64,000 bases of DNA from Takakia lepidozioides (lineage: Eukaryota > Plantae > Bryophyta): positions 55,676,001 to 55,740,000 of the forward strand of contig CM060732.1 in NCBI GenBank assembly GCA_030704615.1. Direction: 5' to 3'. Below are positions 50,081 to 62,660 of the stretch, piece after piece. The position numbers were made by a program, and so were the translations under genes. The notes under the pieces were generated by a model. It was not told the origin of the DNA and made no database searches. It saw nothing but the letters and a program-made list of their open reading frames with translations. Position 1 is the first letter of the stretch. Each line of letters opens with the position of its first letter.

Positions 50081-53000
50081 ATGCTGGCAGTTAAGGTTAA
50101 CCCCGGGTGGCCTCCCGTTGCTGGCTGGCCAAGAGCCTGTTGGGTATGTTTAGGTGGTGTTTGGGAGCGCCAAGTAGGATCGAAGTGTTTTGGCCATCCC
50201 ACCAAGCAGGGCGAATGCTCTTCCCATCTTTACAGAGTAGAGAAGAAGGTCCTGTTGAAGCCTCGACAGCAGGGATGGGAATGCAGCAGACACTACATGA
50301 AACTGGGAGAGGATAAGGGAAGGAGTCAGTTTTCAGTAGACTTCGCAAAGGAGGACAGCAACATGACAGGGGGGCCGCTGAGAGTGGCGCTTATATGTGG
50401 TGGGCCTTCCGCCGAGCGGGGAATCTCTTTGAACTCAGCTCGCTCTGTGCTTGACCATCTGCAGGTACTTTTTAGGAACGATGGGTGTAAAACTAAAAGG
50501 AACCAGCTCAATGGGACACAATTCGTACCGAATGGATAGCTCCACACGCACTCGTCACTCCACGAGCTGCCGCGGTATGACATAGGCGAGAGATTGATAG
50601 ATTGTTGATTTCTCCCACAATTGCGCAGATTTCAGACCCAACTCAAATGGTGAAAATTGAGAATTGTAGAATTTTTGTGACTTGTTGAGTTGTGCTGGAT
50701 TCGACACTATCCCTTCGCATCAGACGATCATGTAGGCTCGCTTTCATCCTCTCTATTCCAGCCCCCAGCTGCCGACTCACACATCCACCCCGTGTCCAAA
50801 AAACGTAGAAACCTCAGAGAAGCGAAATTAAAAAAAAAAATCGTCTCCCACATGTCAGAGGCAATGAGAGAGAGCGAGGGCTGGTGGATATAGTTCATTC
50901 GGGAAAGGGCGCTTTGGGCCAGGCTGATGGTTTGGTAATACGTTGCTATTACCTGAACCTCGAATTGCAGTTTTTTGCCATCTCTACAGCGCAGGTACTG
51001 CTTCGGCTCCCATGCTTTATTTCGGATTCGGTTCATCTGTGCCTAATCAATGTAGAATGTGAAAATTAATGCTTGATCTAGAAAACTTACATTGTGGTTG
51101 GTGAACTTCCAAAGCCTACTCATCTGGTCGGATATTGACGGCGTTTAATGTGTTGGTGTAGATGTACTCCAACACACCATCTGACTTTGACTTCAAGCTT
51201 GCCAGGTAGCTCACAGTTCCGAAACATTTAATAGACAAATTTCCTTATGTATTGGAGTAACTCTCTACCTGGGCATGTGTGGCTGGATATTTGGCTGTCA
51301 AGCATCTGCATTGAGTTTGCTCAGTAAGTATGTGGTAGAAAATCGTGTTCACTTTCTTAAAACTTGAGCTTATGTATCTCCTTCACTTTCTATCTCTCAG
51401 GTTTAGGTGTAACAGTGCAAGTTGGTAATTTGCAGCACAGCACAAGCCTTTGAGTCTCACTCAGAGTTTCTTAAGCATCTGTGTGCAACAGTTGACATTG
51501 TATTCCCTGTCCTCCATGGCCAGTTTGGTGAAGATGGAGGAATTCAGGTACTATGTGAACTCTTTCTTCATCCACCATAACTATCATCTGCCTATACAGA
51601 AATGTGAGTCAGCTTCTGCAGATGCAGGGATTTCCTTTTGAATTCTATGCATCACATTTGTCCAACCTCCACAGAGGTGGGGAGAGATGCTACAGCGTCA
51701 TGAAAACAGGTCACTCTCAGTTTAGGAGTCAGAAAACTACAGGCTGGATTTTTGAGGACAAAAAAGTTTTCTTTGGAAGATCAGAGGGAGAGAGCTATGA
51801 AATTCTGGATCTCATTTTGGGGCTGTGGGCTTGGGTGGAGTCAGGAACTACTTGAAAGTGCAGATATCCCCTTTGTGGGCACTAGTGCTGCAGCTGCTCG
51901 CAAGGCATTTGACAAGGTAAGACCTTCCAAGCAACAAGTCTTTCTCCATTTATCTCTCCTTGAACATCAGATGACCATCATCAGACAAGGGTTCTCTTAA
52001 CTCAAGCAAGACAAGGTGCTGCACCCTTACAATATTTGGGTGAATTTGCTTCAACTTGATGAATTTTCTGTATTAAACCTGGAAAGAATGAAGCAAACAA
52101 GTCTAGGTCCCACTATTGAATCGAGCCTTCAGCAAAGTTAGCGACCCCATTCTGCTCTCCTCTTTCCCATCTGCCCTCTTTGCCCTTTTACTGCTCCATC
52201 CTCGTGATGGATATATCTATGTGGAGATATTTGGCTGAGAAAGACATGCCTTTATTGATTTAAGAGAACGAATGTTTCATGTAAACCAGAATGCTTCATT
52301 TTACAGTGATCACTGATCTCATTTGTTGTTATGAGCAGTATGAGGCAGCTCTGGAGCTAGCATCACAGGGCTTTGCAACCCTTCCAAGCTTCCTTATACA
52401 GGTGTGCTTCCTTACATAACGAGAGCATCTATGGAGTAACTGCTGGCCATGGCACCAACACTTCACTGTTTCATATAGTCCATAAAGTTGGTTCACCCAG
52501 GGTGAGGTGAACAACTACCACAACAGTCAATGATCACTACATAGGTCAACTGAGGAGCTATAGTGACAAGTGGGTGTGAGGATTAGTTGGGGTAAGTCTG
52601 CAACGAGCTTGCGACAAATGAACCCTGATTAGTGTAAATGGCCAGACTGAGTGAATCTTCTTAACTGGCCCAGTACGTTTCATCCATGAGCTCCTTGGTA
52701 TCCTCTGACCCAATGATCTATACATTCCCCAGGCAATCTGCATCGGATCCATTTACAGAGAAACCATTCCTGAAACCACATAATTGTCAAGCACCTTTCC
52801 TTGAGCACGGGGAAAACAATTTGGACAGCAAGCGCACTTCAGCTATTACAGCCATCCGATGATGTGACTTGAAACTACTACTCTTATGGTGTGTGAGTTC
52901 ACAATGGTGACTGTCCCCAGTCATCACAAATAGTGTTGTTCACTTTTCATAATTGAACTTCCTCATTCTTTCAAGGAGTAATATTGTCATTCAATTCACT

Positions 53001-56000
53001 AAGCTCTTAAGTGTCATGTTACAATTGATGAGGGGCACCAGTGCCGTGTCCAATTGATTGAATCCAACACTTCTCAACTTTGCATGACCTTCTTGTTACA
53101 GATCAAGTACCTAATCGATGATGATCCATTCTTCAAGAATAATTAGGTGAAGGTCTTCCACTACTTGCTGATGTATTCATGAGCATACTCCTATGCAGCC
53201 TTATTCTTAGTTGTCTTTGTCACTTCTCCATGTTTCTCTGACTTTTGTATCTGAAGTTTCTCACTAAGGTTGTTTTTCGCTTTTATGCTGCAGGACGTTG
53301 GTTTCAACATTGATGCGTTGAGGGAATGGTTTTGCAGTAATCGTTTAGATATCAAGTCAGGTCAGGTTGTGGTAAGAAGCTTCCAAGCGAATATACATCT
53401 TGTAGTATGTCTTGTATTATGCTTAAATCGTTTGTCAGGGGCACAGCATATGAGAGCAAAGGATGGTTTTGTACAGCTGCACTGGTTGATTCAATCAAAA
53501 CTTTGTGTAACTCACTGTAAAGATTGTTTCGAAATTGCCGACAAATTTTGGTCTTAGGCTGGTGCATTCTGGATGCAGGTGAAGCCAGCATGTGCGGGTT
53601 CAAGTCTGGGAGTCAGTGTTGCCATTGGCATTCAATCAGCTGTAAAGAAGGCTGAGGCCCTTTTGACCAAGGTAAAAATCTGTGCCGTTTCGATACCTCC
53701 TTGAGTAGGCAACTCCACAAGTCTATATCTTTGGAGAAGCATGGACAGACTAGTTTCCTGGCACGGTGTGGGAAAGAAACGTGAGACTCAACGTAGCAAT
53801 TATATTCAATGGTCAATGTACGTGTTGATACACTGGTAAAATCAAAGATTTCATGCTATACTTCAATGGTGACGTGGCCTCTTGCAGGGGGTGGACAAGA
53901 GGGTTGTGATTGAAATGTTTGCAGAGGGTGGTCAAGAATTCACAGCAATTGTCTTAGATGTGGGCTCTGGAATTGACTCCTGCCCCGTAACTCTGCTGCC
54001 AACTGAGGTTATTCTCTTTCTCTCTCTCTCTTCTTGTGCCGGCAAGCAGTATCTATAAGTCCTCTGACCTCGTGTGGAGACATGAAGTATTATTACTTTA
54101 TGACTTTTCTCTTCTTGCTTTGTTCTCTCTGTATCTTTACACTTGCATACCTACTCAAAGTGAAATGCACCTGTTGTGCCAACCTCAGGTTCATTTACTC
54201 ACTTTTGAGATGTAGTCACCGGTTGAATTGGTTCTTGCAGATTGAACTACGGGGACTAAATAAGAGTGAAGTCGATGTCGAGGGTCCAATCTTCAATTAT
54301 CGGAGAAAGTACTTACCAACAAGTCAGGTACAGAACCACTACTGGCAATCAAAACAAATTTCTACATTACACGTAGGTTCTATCTACTTTCAACCATCAG
54401 CCCCTGCATTCAATTATTCTCTCTGCACTCAATTCTCCGGAGGTGGAATGACAAAGCTCTTGGGCTCCAATTTATCCCCTGCAGGTATCATACCACACCC
54501 CTCCCCGGTTTTCTGTTGCTGCTATCGAAGAGATTCGCAATGGGGCAGTGAAGCTATTCAAAATGCTTGGGCTTCGTGATGTTGCTCGTGTGGATGGTTG
54601 GTTGCTGCCCCCTTCAAGCTGGTCAAGGATGACTGGTCGACAAACAAGTCAAGGGACAGAGCTGTTCAGCAATTGTGAAACAGGGACAATTGTCTTTTCT
54701 GACATCAACTTGGTGCGTCACTGCCACTCCTATGTACGCGTAGGGTGTGGAAGGAGCAAGATTGTTTTTTGTATGTTGCATAGCTTCATGATTGTTTGAG
54801 CTGCAGTGTTGGAAGAAGATTCACAAAGTGATGCCCCTCTCTAGCTTTCTGTTGGATGATTCTTTAGTGAGGACACTGATCCCTGGGAGGCCAATACCTC
54901 CCCATTGGTTATGGCCGTCACAAGGTGTGAGCTGCTTAAGAGACTCATAAACCTTGGCCAATTTGGGGGTTAGCCTGCAGATCATGCAATGGGTAGACTG
55001 ACATGAAGTTGTCTGGGATTGTAAATCATTTAGTGCTTAGGCTCTCATGTGAGGACTGCAGATGAGTGGAATGGAGCAGACAAGCTTCTTATTTCAACAA
55101 GCTGCAGCGGTATCCTCTCCCTCCATCTCTCTCTCCTTCTCTGGACGTAATTCTTTTTTTTTAGTGGCATATCTGCATGAGGCTTTACAGCTTGGGAATT
55201 TCTGGATGTTGAATTGTAGTTTGAGGCCCGACTTTCTTGTTTACTGTTTTTGTCCCATAAGCTCTTTGAGCATACCCTAGATTTTATGCAGTTTAATGAG
55301 CTTTCCGCGGATTTTATAAAGCACCATTTCACTTCATTTCTCTTCTTTCTGGTTTCTCCCTTTTGTCCCATAAGCTCTTTGGGCTTTCCGCCGGCATTAT
55401 AAAGTACCAGTTCATTTCATTTCTCTTTCTCTGTGTGAATGTTGTAAGGTTTCTTTCCTCTGTCCTTGCTCTGTTAGTGGCCATTGAGCACATCCATTGC
55501 TTCTGTCTAGAAAGTGGACACAATAGGGGTCTGCTGGTCTCGTCTTGGGGTAGCAATGTCCTAAATGTCAGCCTCAGCATTCCCACACTTGAGGGTTTTT
55601 GGATGTGGACTATGTGCATTGTTTGTCAAATATCTGAACGTCACAATCAACCTTCTCAAGCACGTTTTCTCCTTTTTCCTCACTGCCTTTTTAGCATATC
55701 TTTGCAGGTGGGACTGTCGCACTCAGACATCCTTTGGTTGATTCTTAGTCGTGCATATTCCCGGATCTCTGCAATACCACTCCCTGAACCTAAGGGTTCC
55801 TCCTCTTCAAAATCAGGGTCAGGCAAGACTGGTGGAGGTTCCGTGGAGGAAAAGCAAAAAGTATATGTGCTGTTTGGAGGAGACACTTCTGAGCGCCAGG
55901 TGTCATTGATAAGTGGCACCAATGTGTGGCTTCACTTGCGGGGCTGCAAGGATGTGAGTCCCTAAGCCAAGAATTCTATGTTTTCAAAGAGGATTTTCTT

Positions 56001-59000
56001 TTGAATACTGTTACACGATCTGTAATCTAGCGCTGTCGCTATCTATCTCTATCTTGTCATTCATTGATATGGATCCATTACTCTCAGCAGTTCGATCATA
56101 CATTATAATTGTTCCATGAGAGTATCTTCTGTTTCTAGCCAAAGAGTGCCTGAAGAAAAACAGATTGTTCTGTACTTTCCAGCCATACTGCTATCATATA
56201 TTTGTTTCCCTCTGGGTTCTTTGCACTCAATGCACCTCACATGTTAGACTAGCGTCCATAGGGAATTTTCAACTGAGTTGTTATTGTCTCGCAGCTTGAG
56301 GTCACACCCTTTTTACTTGCCCCAGCATCAGTTGATGACGATCAACAGGATGTGTCGGCTGGTCCTCCAAAGGACAAGACAGTTTGGGCTTTACCGTAAG
56401 TCCTGTTTCCTTTGCAATCAACTTTCTCTCCATTGAGCATTTTCATTACCTTTCATCAGTACTGAAAGTTCGACATCAGCAATCTATCTCACAATGGGAA
56501 TGGTCAGCTGAAACCTGTGGCAGTCTCATACCGAGTTGGCATTCCACCGAGAGGAGGTATATACTACTGGATCAATGGTGGCATAGCTATGGGATCTGTG
56601 ACATCTCAAAGCATGGCAATTGCAAACATTCTTCTCTAATCTGGGCCCTTGATGCCCCCCTGTGGAATCTTCTTTTATTCGTTCTTTCATTTTGTCTGCT
56701 GATACTATGCCAGATATGCATCAGTGTTGCGACACACTGTTGAGGAAGTGGTGGAGGGCTGTGTGATGGCGTTGCAGCCCACTACAGCTGCCATTGTGTC
56801 CAAGTGGAGAGCCCAGGTGTTGGCAGAGCTTCACAAACTCGACGATTGTAGAGGAGATGGTGGGGACATGGAGATGCCAAGAAAGCTAACAGTGAGTGAG
56901 TGGATCGAAGAAGCTAAGCAAAACAACGCAATTATATTCCTTGCAGGTTGAATTCCTGCCTCTGTACATAAAGGGTTTGATGAAGGGTGGAATGCACAGC
57001 GATTTTGCAAAGATGGAATGGATATTGTTAAAACCGAAGTAAGAAGATGACCAACAGTTTAGCTAATTATTTTCTGCACTGCTCAGACACAAGTCAGCCA
57101 GTAGGGGTTTTGTCTATGCATTGTTTAATGCGTCACATGGGTGCCTTGCCTGATCACAACGTCCGGCATGGCTGCCTTCATTGTCTCTTAGATCCTCTAG
57201 CTTTTCATTTATGAAATTTTCCCTTGGACTCTCATTCATCCTTGATCTTCATGTGTTTGATTAGTACATGGCGGCATTGGTGAGGATGGCACACTGCAAG
57301 CTCTTCTAGAAACTTCAGGAGTACCCTATACAGGTATTAATTTTCCCTCTTTCTGCTTATGACAAGCTGATAGGACCATTTGAATAGCTCTAAAGGATCC
57401 ATTTGGTTGGGTTGTTTGATGTTGTGCTTGTCAGGATCTGGTGTAGAGGCATCGAGGCGTTGTATTGACAAAGCGGCCACAGGCGCTGCTATTGCACATG
57501 TGCGTGAAGTTTAAGCATTGGACTGGCTTACATTACCCCCAGGGGGCAGTTCTAGCAGACAGGGGAAGTGAAAGGGAGGATGACAAGAGTAGAGTAAGGG
57601 GCTTTGGTAGTGAACCTCCCTTTCTATAATTCAACCTCAAAGCTGCTGTCTGCATAATAGGAAACCCTACTGTCAGCTCTATGTATTCAGTGTAGTTCAA
57701 GCACTCTGACTCCGCAAAAAATGACCTCACAGAGAATATGTTTCTTTTGCTAGATTCCATACCCATTTGGTAGGGTTCTAGTGCTTGACTGCCCTTGTTG
57801 GTTTGGGAACAGTTGTCAAGTCATGGCATCTTCACGGCTGCCAAGGCTGTGCGTACCACAGGGGAGCTTTTAGAGGAAGGAGCTCAACTGTGGGAAGCAC
57901 TGAAGAAGGAATTGAGTGCAACTGAGATCTGTGTGAAACCAGCCAGTGATGGCTGCTCCACAGGTGTTGCTAGACTAAGGTGGGTGCTGCTCTCATCCCT
58001 CAGACATGGACAGACTGTGGTCACTCACACATGATGGAAGAGAAATGCACTTCAAATGAACAATATCAGAGGCAAGGGGTTAAAATGTATCACTTGCTAT
58101 CAGCCACATTTGATGCCAACAGATGTGTAATCCTGTATAGGTCTTTTTAAATGCCCACTTGTGTTATCCTGTCCGATTTGGAAATTGTTCTGATCCCTTA
58201 TGGATGGTGGAGAGAGAGGCTACAAAAACAGATGTTGAATATGAGGGTTATATATTCTGGGGTGCCTCTTTTGGCTGCAGCTGTTTTGAAGATTTGGCCA
58301 CGTATTTGAAGGCTATAAACGAGAGGCTACCTTGCCTGTGGCCTGGTAGCCTGGCCAAGGTGTGTATATCCCACCTCTTGCAGATGCATTCCTTTGAGTA
58401 CACCAAAAATAGCATGCCAACAGACATTTGTTTCTGTCAGATTAGTGTAGGCAAGCAGATGCCTGTAGTTAAGTCATGAAGCAGAAAATGGAGGATTCAT
58501 TCTTGGAAATTCTTTGCAGCAGAGCCACAAGATACTCCTAAAGCTTCAATTAATAGTGCTTTGAGTCTGACGCTGCTTTGAGGAAGAAAGATAATCTCCG
58601 GTAGCATTGTCCCAACAAATTGATTTCTTTAAAGTAAAAGTTGCAATGCATAGTCTGTAAGTCTGAAAGCTACTGAACTGAATGTTCTGGCTTGGCAACA
58701 GGCACATGGAATCATAGAGATGCCCAACCCCCCTCCAGAAAAGATACTCTTTGAGCCTTTCATAGAAACTGATGATGTTGGAGTGGCATCAGACAAGATT
58801 AGCCAAGGACAGCTATCAAGGGAGGGTAAGAGTCCATGGCTGGAGGTAACCGTTGGAGTAGTGGGCTCACAAGGGGCTATGCATGCGCTCTCCCCCAGTA
58901 TCACTGTGAAGGAATCAGGGGCCATTCTTTCTCTTGATGAGAAGTTCCAAGGCATGACCTTACTCTGTCTCCACTGTCTATTGAACCCAATCTCTCTCTG

Positions 59001-61531
59001 AAGTCTTCCACTATGAGGATCAGAAATGCTTGGCAGCTTACCTGCACAGGGCCTTCACCCTTAGACAATCACTCGAGCAATAGTTTTATCTTTGGCTCTG
59101 GTTTTGTTTCCTCTCTCATGTTTTCTTCCGTTTTGTCCCATAAGCTCTATGAGCTTTCTGCGGACGTTATAAAGTACCATTTCATTTCATTCCTCTTGAG
59201 GAAATGGGAATGGATATTCAATTTCCCCTGCCCTGTATATTGAGAAATTATAGGGGGGTCATTTCTGGCAGAGGCATTCAGTTGTGAAATCATAGATTCT
59301 TAACTGCTTCTGTCTTGAGCAGCAATTTAGAATGGAGGTTTTTCTCTGGTTTGTCCTCTTGGCCTTCTACGGCATTTCTTTCACTCAGTAGGTATAACTT
59401 AGCCCTACACATTCTCACTTCATAAGCTGCAGTAACCTGCATTTGCACCTTCACCATCAGTATTGGATAAATGTTCTCAATGTATATAATAATGGATGGT
59501 CCAGCCTAAAAGAGCCTTGAAGAACGACCGTGGCTGTGGGTTTATTGGACAGGTGGAACTGGTGTAAATTTGACGCCTCCACCTTCCTCACTTATCAAGT
59601 ATGCTCTCTCTCTCTCTCTCTCTCTCTCCCTGCACACAGCCCAGACTGACGGGCAGATGCCTCCTGTGCCCTGGACACATCCCCATGCATGTCACTTCTG
59701 TGGTAAACACAGGGCTATAGAACTATAATGAATAACCCAGCAACCGGGCTGTCAAGTTTGCATGTGGATGAGTGCCTCTGTCAGTGCCTTAATGGCAGCT
59801 GTGGGAAAATAAGTTTACAGCTGCAGCTGAGCTACGGGGATAAGCTAAACCCTGGTGGATGTGAACCCCACAAAAGGCTCTGGGAGGGTTAGTTTCCCGT
59901 GGGGTCAATGGCCGTAAGGCTATGTCAAGCCAACGTTCGCAGGAAACAGCTTGAGTACACTTCTTTTTTATAAATGAGGCTATGGAAAATGTAGTTTGAG
60001 TACATTATCTTAGATGGAATGAGTTATCATGCCCATTTCCTGCTTGTTAGTACATCTCTCTGAGTTAGATAGAGTCAGAGTCCAATGAAGTGTGGAGCAA
60101 GACAATCCATACGGCACACTGGCTGTTGTGTTGTGATTTCAGGGAGACAGCGGTTGTGGCGTGCAAAGAGCGGATAGAGATGGTAGCTAATGTTTTGATG
60201 CTGGAAGGATTTGCCCGTATAGATGCCTTCATTCATGCTGATACCGGAGAGGTGACTTCTTCACTGCACCTACTTTGTGAATACATTCATGGCCTATTCA
60301 GTATCAGGGGTGAAATTCATGGCTGATCATTTCAATTGTTGCTTGTTCTGTTCAGTAATGAACTTAGCAGAGTTATCACTTAGGCTTGTAGAACCATCTG
60401 GCGATATAAGGATATAGAGGAAAGTAAGAGCTGCGAGGTGGGTGCCGCTCTAGGATGAACTGCCTGCTTTCTTCTGTGATTTTGTAGACACAAATTTCAG
60501 GCTGATATGCTGGGAAAAGGGAAAGGAGAAAAGGGACTGATTGGTGGAGGTTGCATCTACATACAAGTTCTCACTGCAACCTTGGCGAACTAATGTATTG
60601 GGCGGAATGGTGACAGGTAATAGTGATAGAAGCTAACACAGTGCCTGGCATGACTCCCTCAACTGTCCTCATTCACCAGGTTCCCTTACTTTCTCTATGT
60701 TTCCTTTCTCTATGTTTCCTGAGCAGTTATATACATTGTATCTTATCTTTGTCTGATAAGCTTCCTTGCTTCTTGTGGAAGTTTTAAAGTTGCTTTCTTT
60801 GTTTGGACGTTCATTTCATTTCATTTGTTATTTGGTTTCTCTTGATGTGGTCTTTTCTTGTTGCTTTACTTTGCTCGGCTGCTACTACCTCTTCAGAGAT
60901 AGCCAATCCCTGACAGAAATTTGTCAATGACAAGGACTAGAGATGCCTGGCGGCATATCTTCATGAGGCTCTCAAACACGGAGAACCTCTCTAGGTTTGG
61001 GGCTTCTTTTAGGGCCCCACTTTTTCCTTGTTTACTTTCTTTCTTTTAGTTTTCATTCTTGGCTCTCATGTTTTCTTCCATTTTGTCCCATAAGCTCTAT
61101 GAGCTTTCTGTGGACGTTATAAAGCACCACTTCTTTTTCATCTCTTTGAGCTTTCTGCGGACATTATAAAGTACCATTTCATTTCATCTCATTTCTTTCT
61201 TGTGATCTTTCTCCTCGGGGCTAGCTGACTTGGCTTTTCAGTATGCTTCAATGACAGTACATGAATCAAAAAGCGATAACTATGCATACCTAGTGCGTTC
61301 CTGTATCCTATGTTACTATGTCTGCATGGATAACCTCCACAGGAACGGTGAGTTACTACATTTATGCTTGCTGGACCTGCAATATGGGGGAACTTTTGGC
61401 ATTCCGACACAACTGCTAATTTTCTCATTTTGCAGGCACTTGCAGAGTCACCCCCAATTTATCCACGAACTTTCTTCAGGAAAATTGTCGATCTCGCTCT
61501 CTTAAGACATCAACAGGAGTGGAGTTCATGA
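50081..61531 (+). CDS. DDL: D-alanine--D-alanine ligase, plant type with duplicated ATP-grasp modules and N-terminal transit-peptide-like extension; ~22 exons
   Basis: Exons include 50081-50464 (LRVALICGGPSAERGISLNSARSVLDHLQ), YSNTPSDFDFKL, VFPVLHGQFGEDGGIQ, IPFVGT, VKPACAGSSLGV, EFTAIVLD..PVTLLPTE, IFNYRRKYLPT, YHTPPRF..LGLRDVARVDGW, SGMEQTSFLFQQA, VLFGGDTSERQVSLISGTNVWL, VLRHTVEEV, VHGGIGEDG, CVKPASDGCSTGVARL, ALSPSITVKESGAILSLDEKFQ, GGTGVNLTPPP, LEGFARIDAF, IEANTVPGMTPSTVLIHQ and last exon 61436-61531 (ALAESPPIYPRTFFRK..stop). The start codon choice is inferred. Confidence 0.92.
55250..55430 (+). repeat. ~60-bp intronic motif TTTTGTCCCATAAGCTCT(A/T)TGAGCTTTC..CGGACGTTATAAAGTACCATTTCATTTC recurring in DDL introns
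   Basis: Copies at 55250-55430 (x2), 59131-59190 and 61081-61190 (x2); reverse-complement copies at 45215-45320, 46580-46805 and 47055-47100. Confidence 0.85.
59604..59628. repeat. (CT)n microsatellite in a DDL intron
   Basis: Directly visible. Confidence 0.95.
59835..59970 (+). other. Structured RNA-like element with T-rich tail in a DDL intron (possible LINE/SINE 3' end)
   Basis: ACCCCAC/GTGGGGT stem, GCC-GTAA-GGC hairpin, TCAAGC/GCTTGA stem, then AGT..TTCTTTTTT. Same architecture as 16833-16920. Confidence 0.45.
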
Positions 61532-62114
61532 TGGCTGAAGCCTATATAGTCATCGACGAATCCCCCACAATGTCAGGCCCAGATTGTCCACAACATTTTG
61601 AGGTCACTCAAACATTTAACGATCCAATTCAATGCAATGTCGCCGATATAGTATTATCCAACTCATGTCGCTGCGAGGTTGGGCTCTTTCTATGAAGGAG
61701 CAGATTTAAGGTAACGTGCCTTGGAAGCCCAAACCCAAAACTAGAGTGACTTCTAAAGCGGGATCTAGAGGAGAGTCTTATAAGCTGTGCCACTTCTGTA
61801 TCACTAGGCCACCCGCACTACAACGTTGGCCAATATCTGAAAGCCCAGGTAAGGTCTTGCCAGCAGCGTGCCAATGTACAAAACTACCTAGCAACTCAAG
61901 GCAGCTGTCCCGGCTGGCAATTCCCAGCCCTTTATTGCTAGTGCTAGGTAATCGAGAAGTGTCTTCCAAAAACGCAGTCAGCCGGGGATTTTGTAGAGAA
62001 CCTTGTTCAAAGTAGGAAATTGTAGATTTTGTGATGTGACTGTAGTCAGAATCTGGGCATCCTGTCCTCAGAATTGTAGAAAGCAAGTTTCTTTCATGTG
62101 GATAATATGGTCTC

Positions 62115-62660
62115 CAGAGCTGTGTGAAACAGTTGATTGTTTGCCAATAATTTTGAATATGTTACATGGATTTATGACTACGACTATGGTGCTCACATCA
62201 AATCTGGTTCAAGAAGCTACCAGTCATTCAATGTTCATCACTTGCCATGTCAAAGGGGGAAACTTTCAAGCAAGTAGTAAATATTACCATCAAGCCCAGC
62301 TCATACGTCATGAGTCATGACCCTTGTTTTGTAGTTTAGAGATGGATGAGCTGAGTGAATTAGTGATGTTCTTGTGCGGGTTGATCTTGTGTAGGGCTAA
62401 CTAAGTATGGCTGGATTTTTCATTGCACCATCCTGATCTTGTAAACTCCGTACCGTGGTTAATCACAGTCAGCGTTCTCTTGACTGCAGCTTCAACATCC
62501 CATGAACTAGGATAAATCTGTAGCAGTTGAGGACTTTCCAGAAAATACTGGAGAGTGTGGTACTCTCACAATTACTTCGGCGGATAGGTTTGAGTATCCA
62601 AGAACTAGCCAAGAGTAGAGAGAGATAACCCTGCTCCACCATGGGCCTTCAGGCGGCACT
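62115..62660. repeat. Duplicate of the region upstream of the hydrolase gene
   Basis: 62115-62440 matches 41866-42190 directly; 62590-62650 is the reverse complement of ~41765-41830. Confidence 0.88.
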
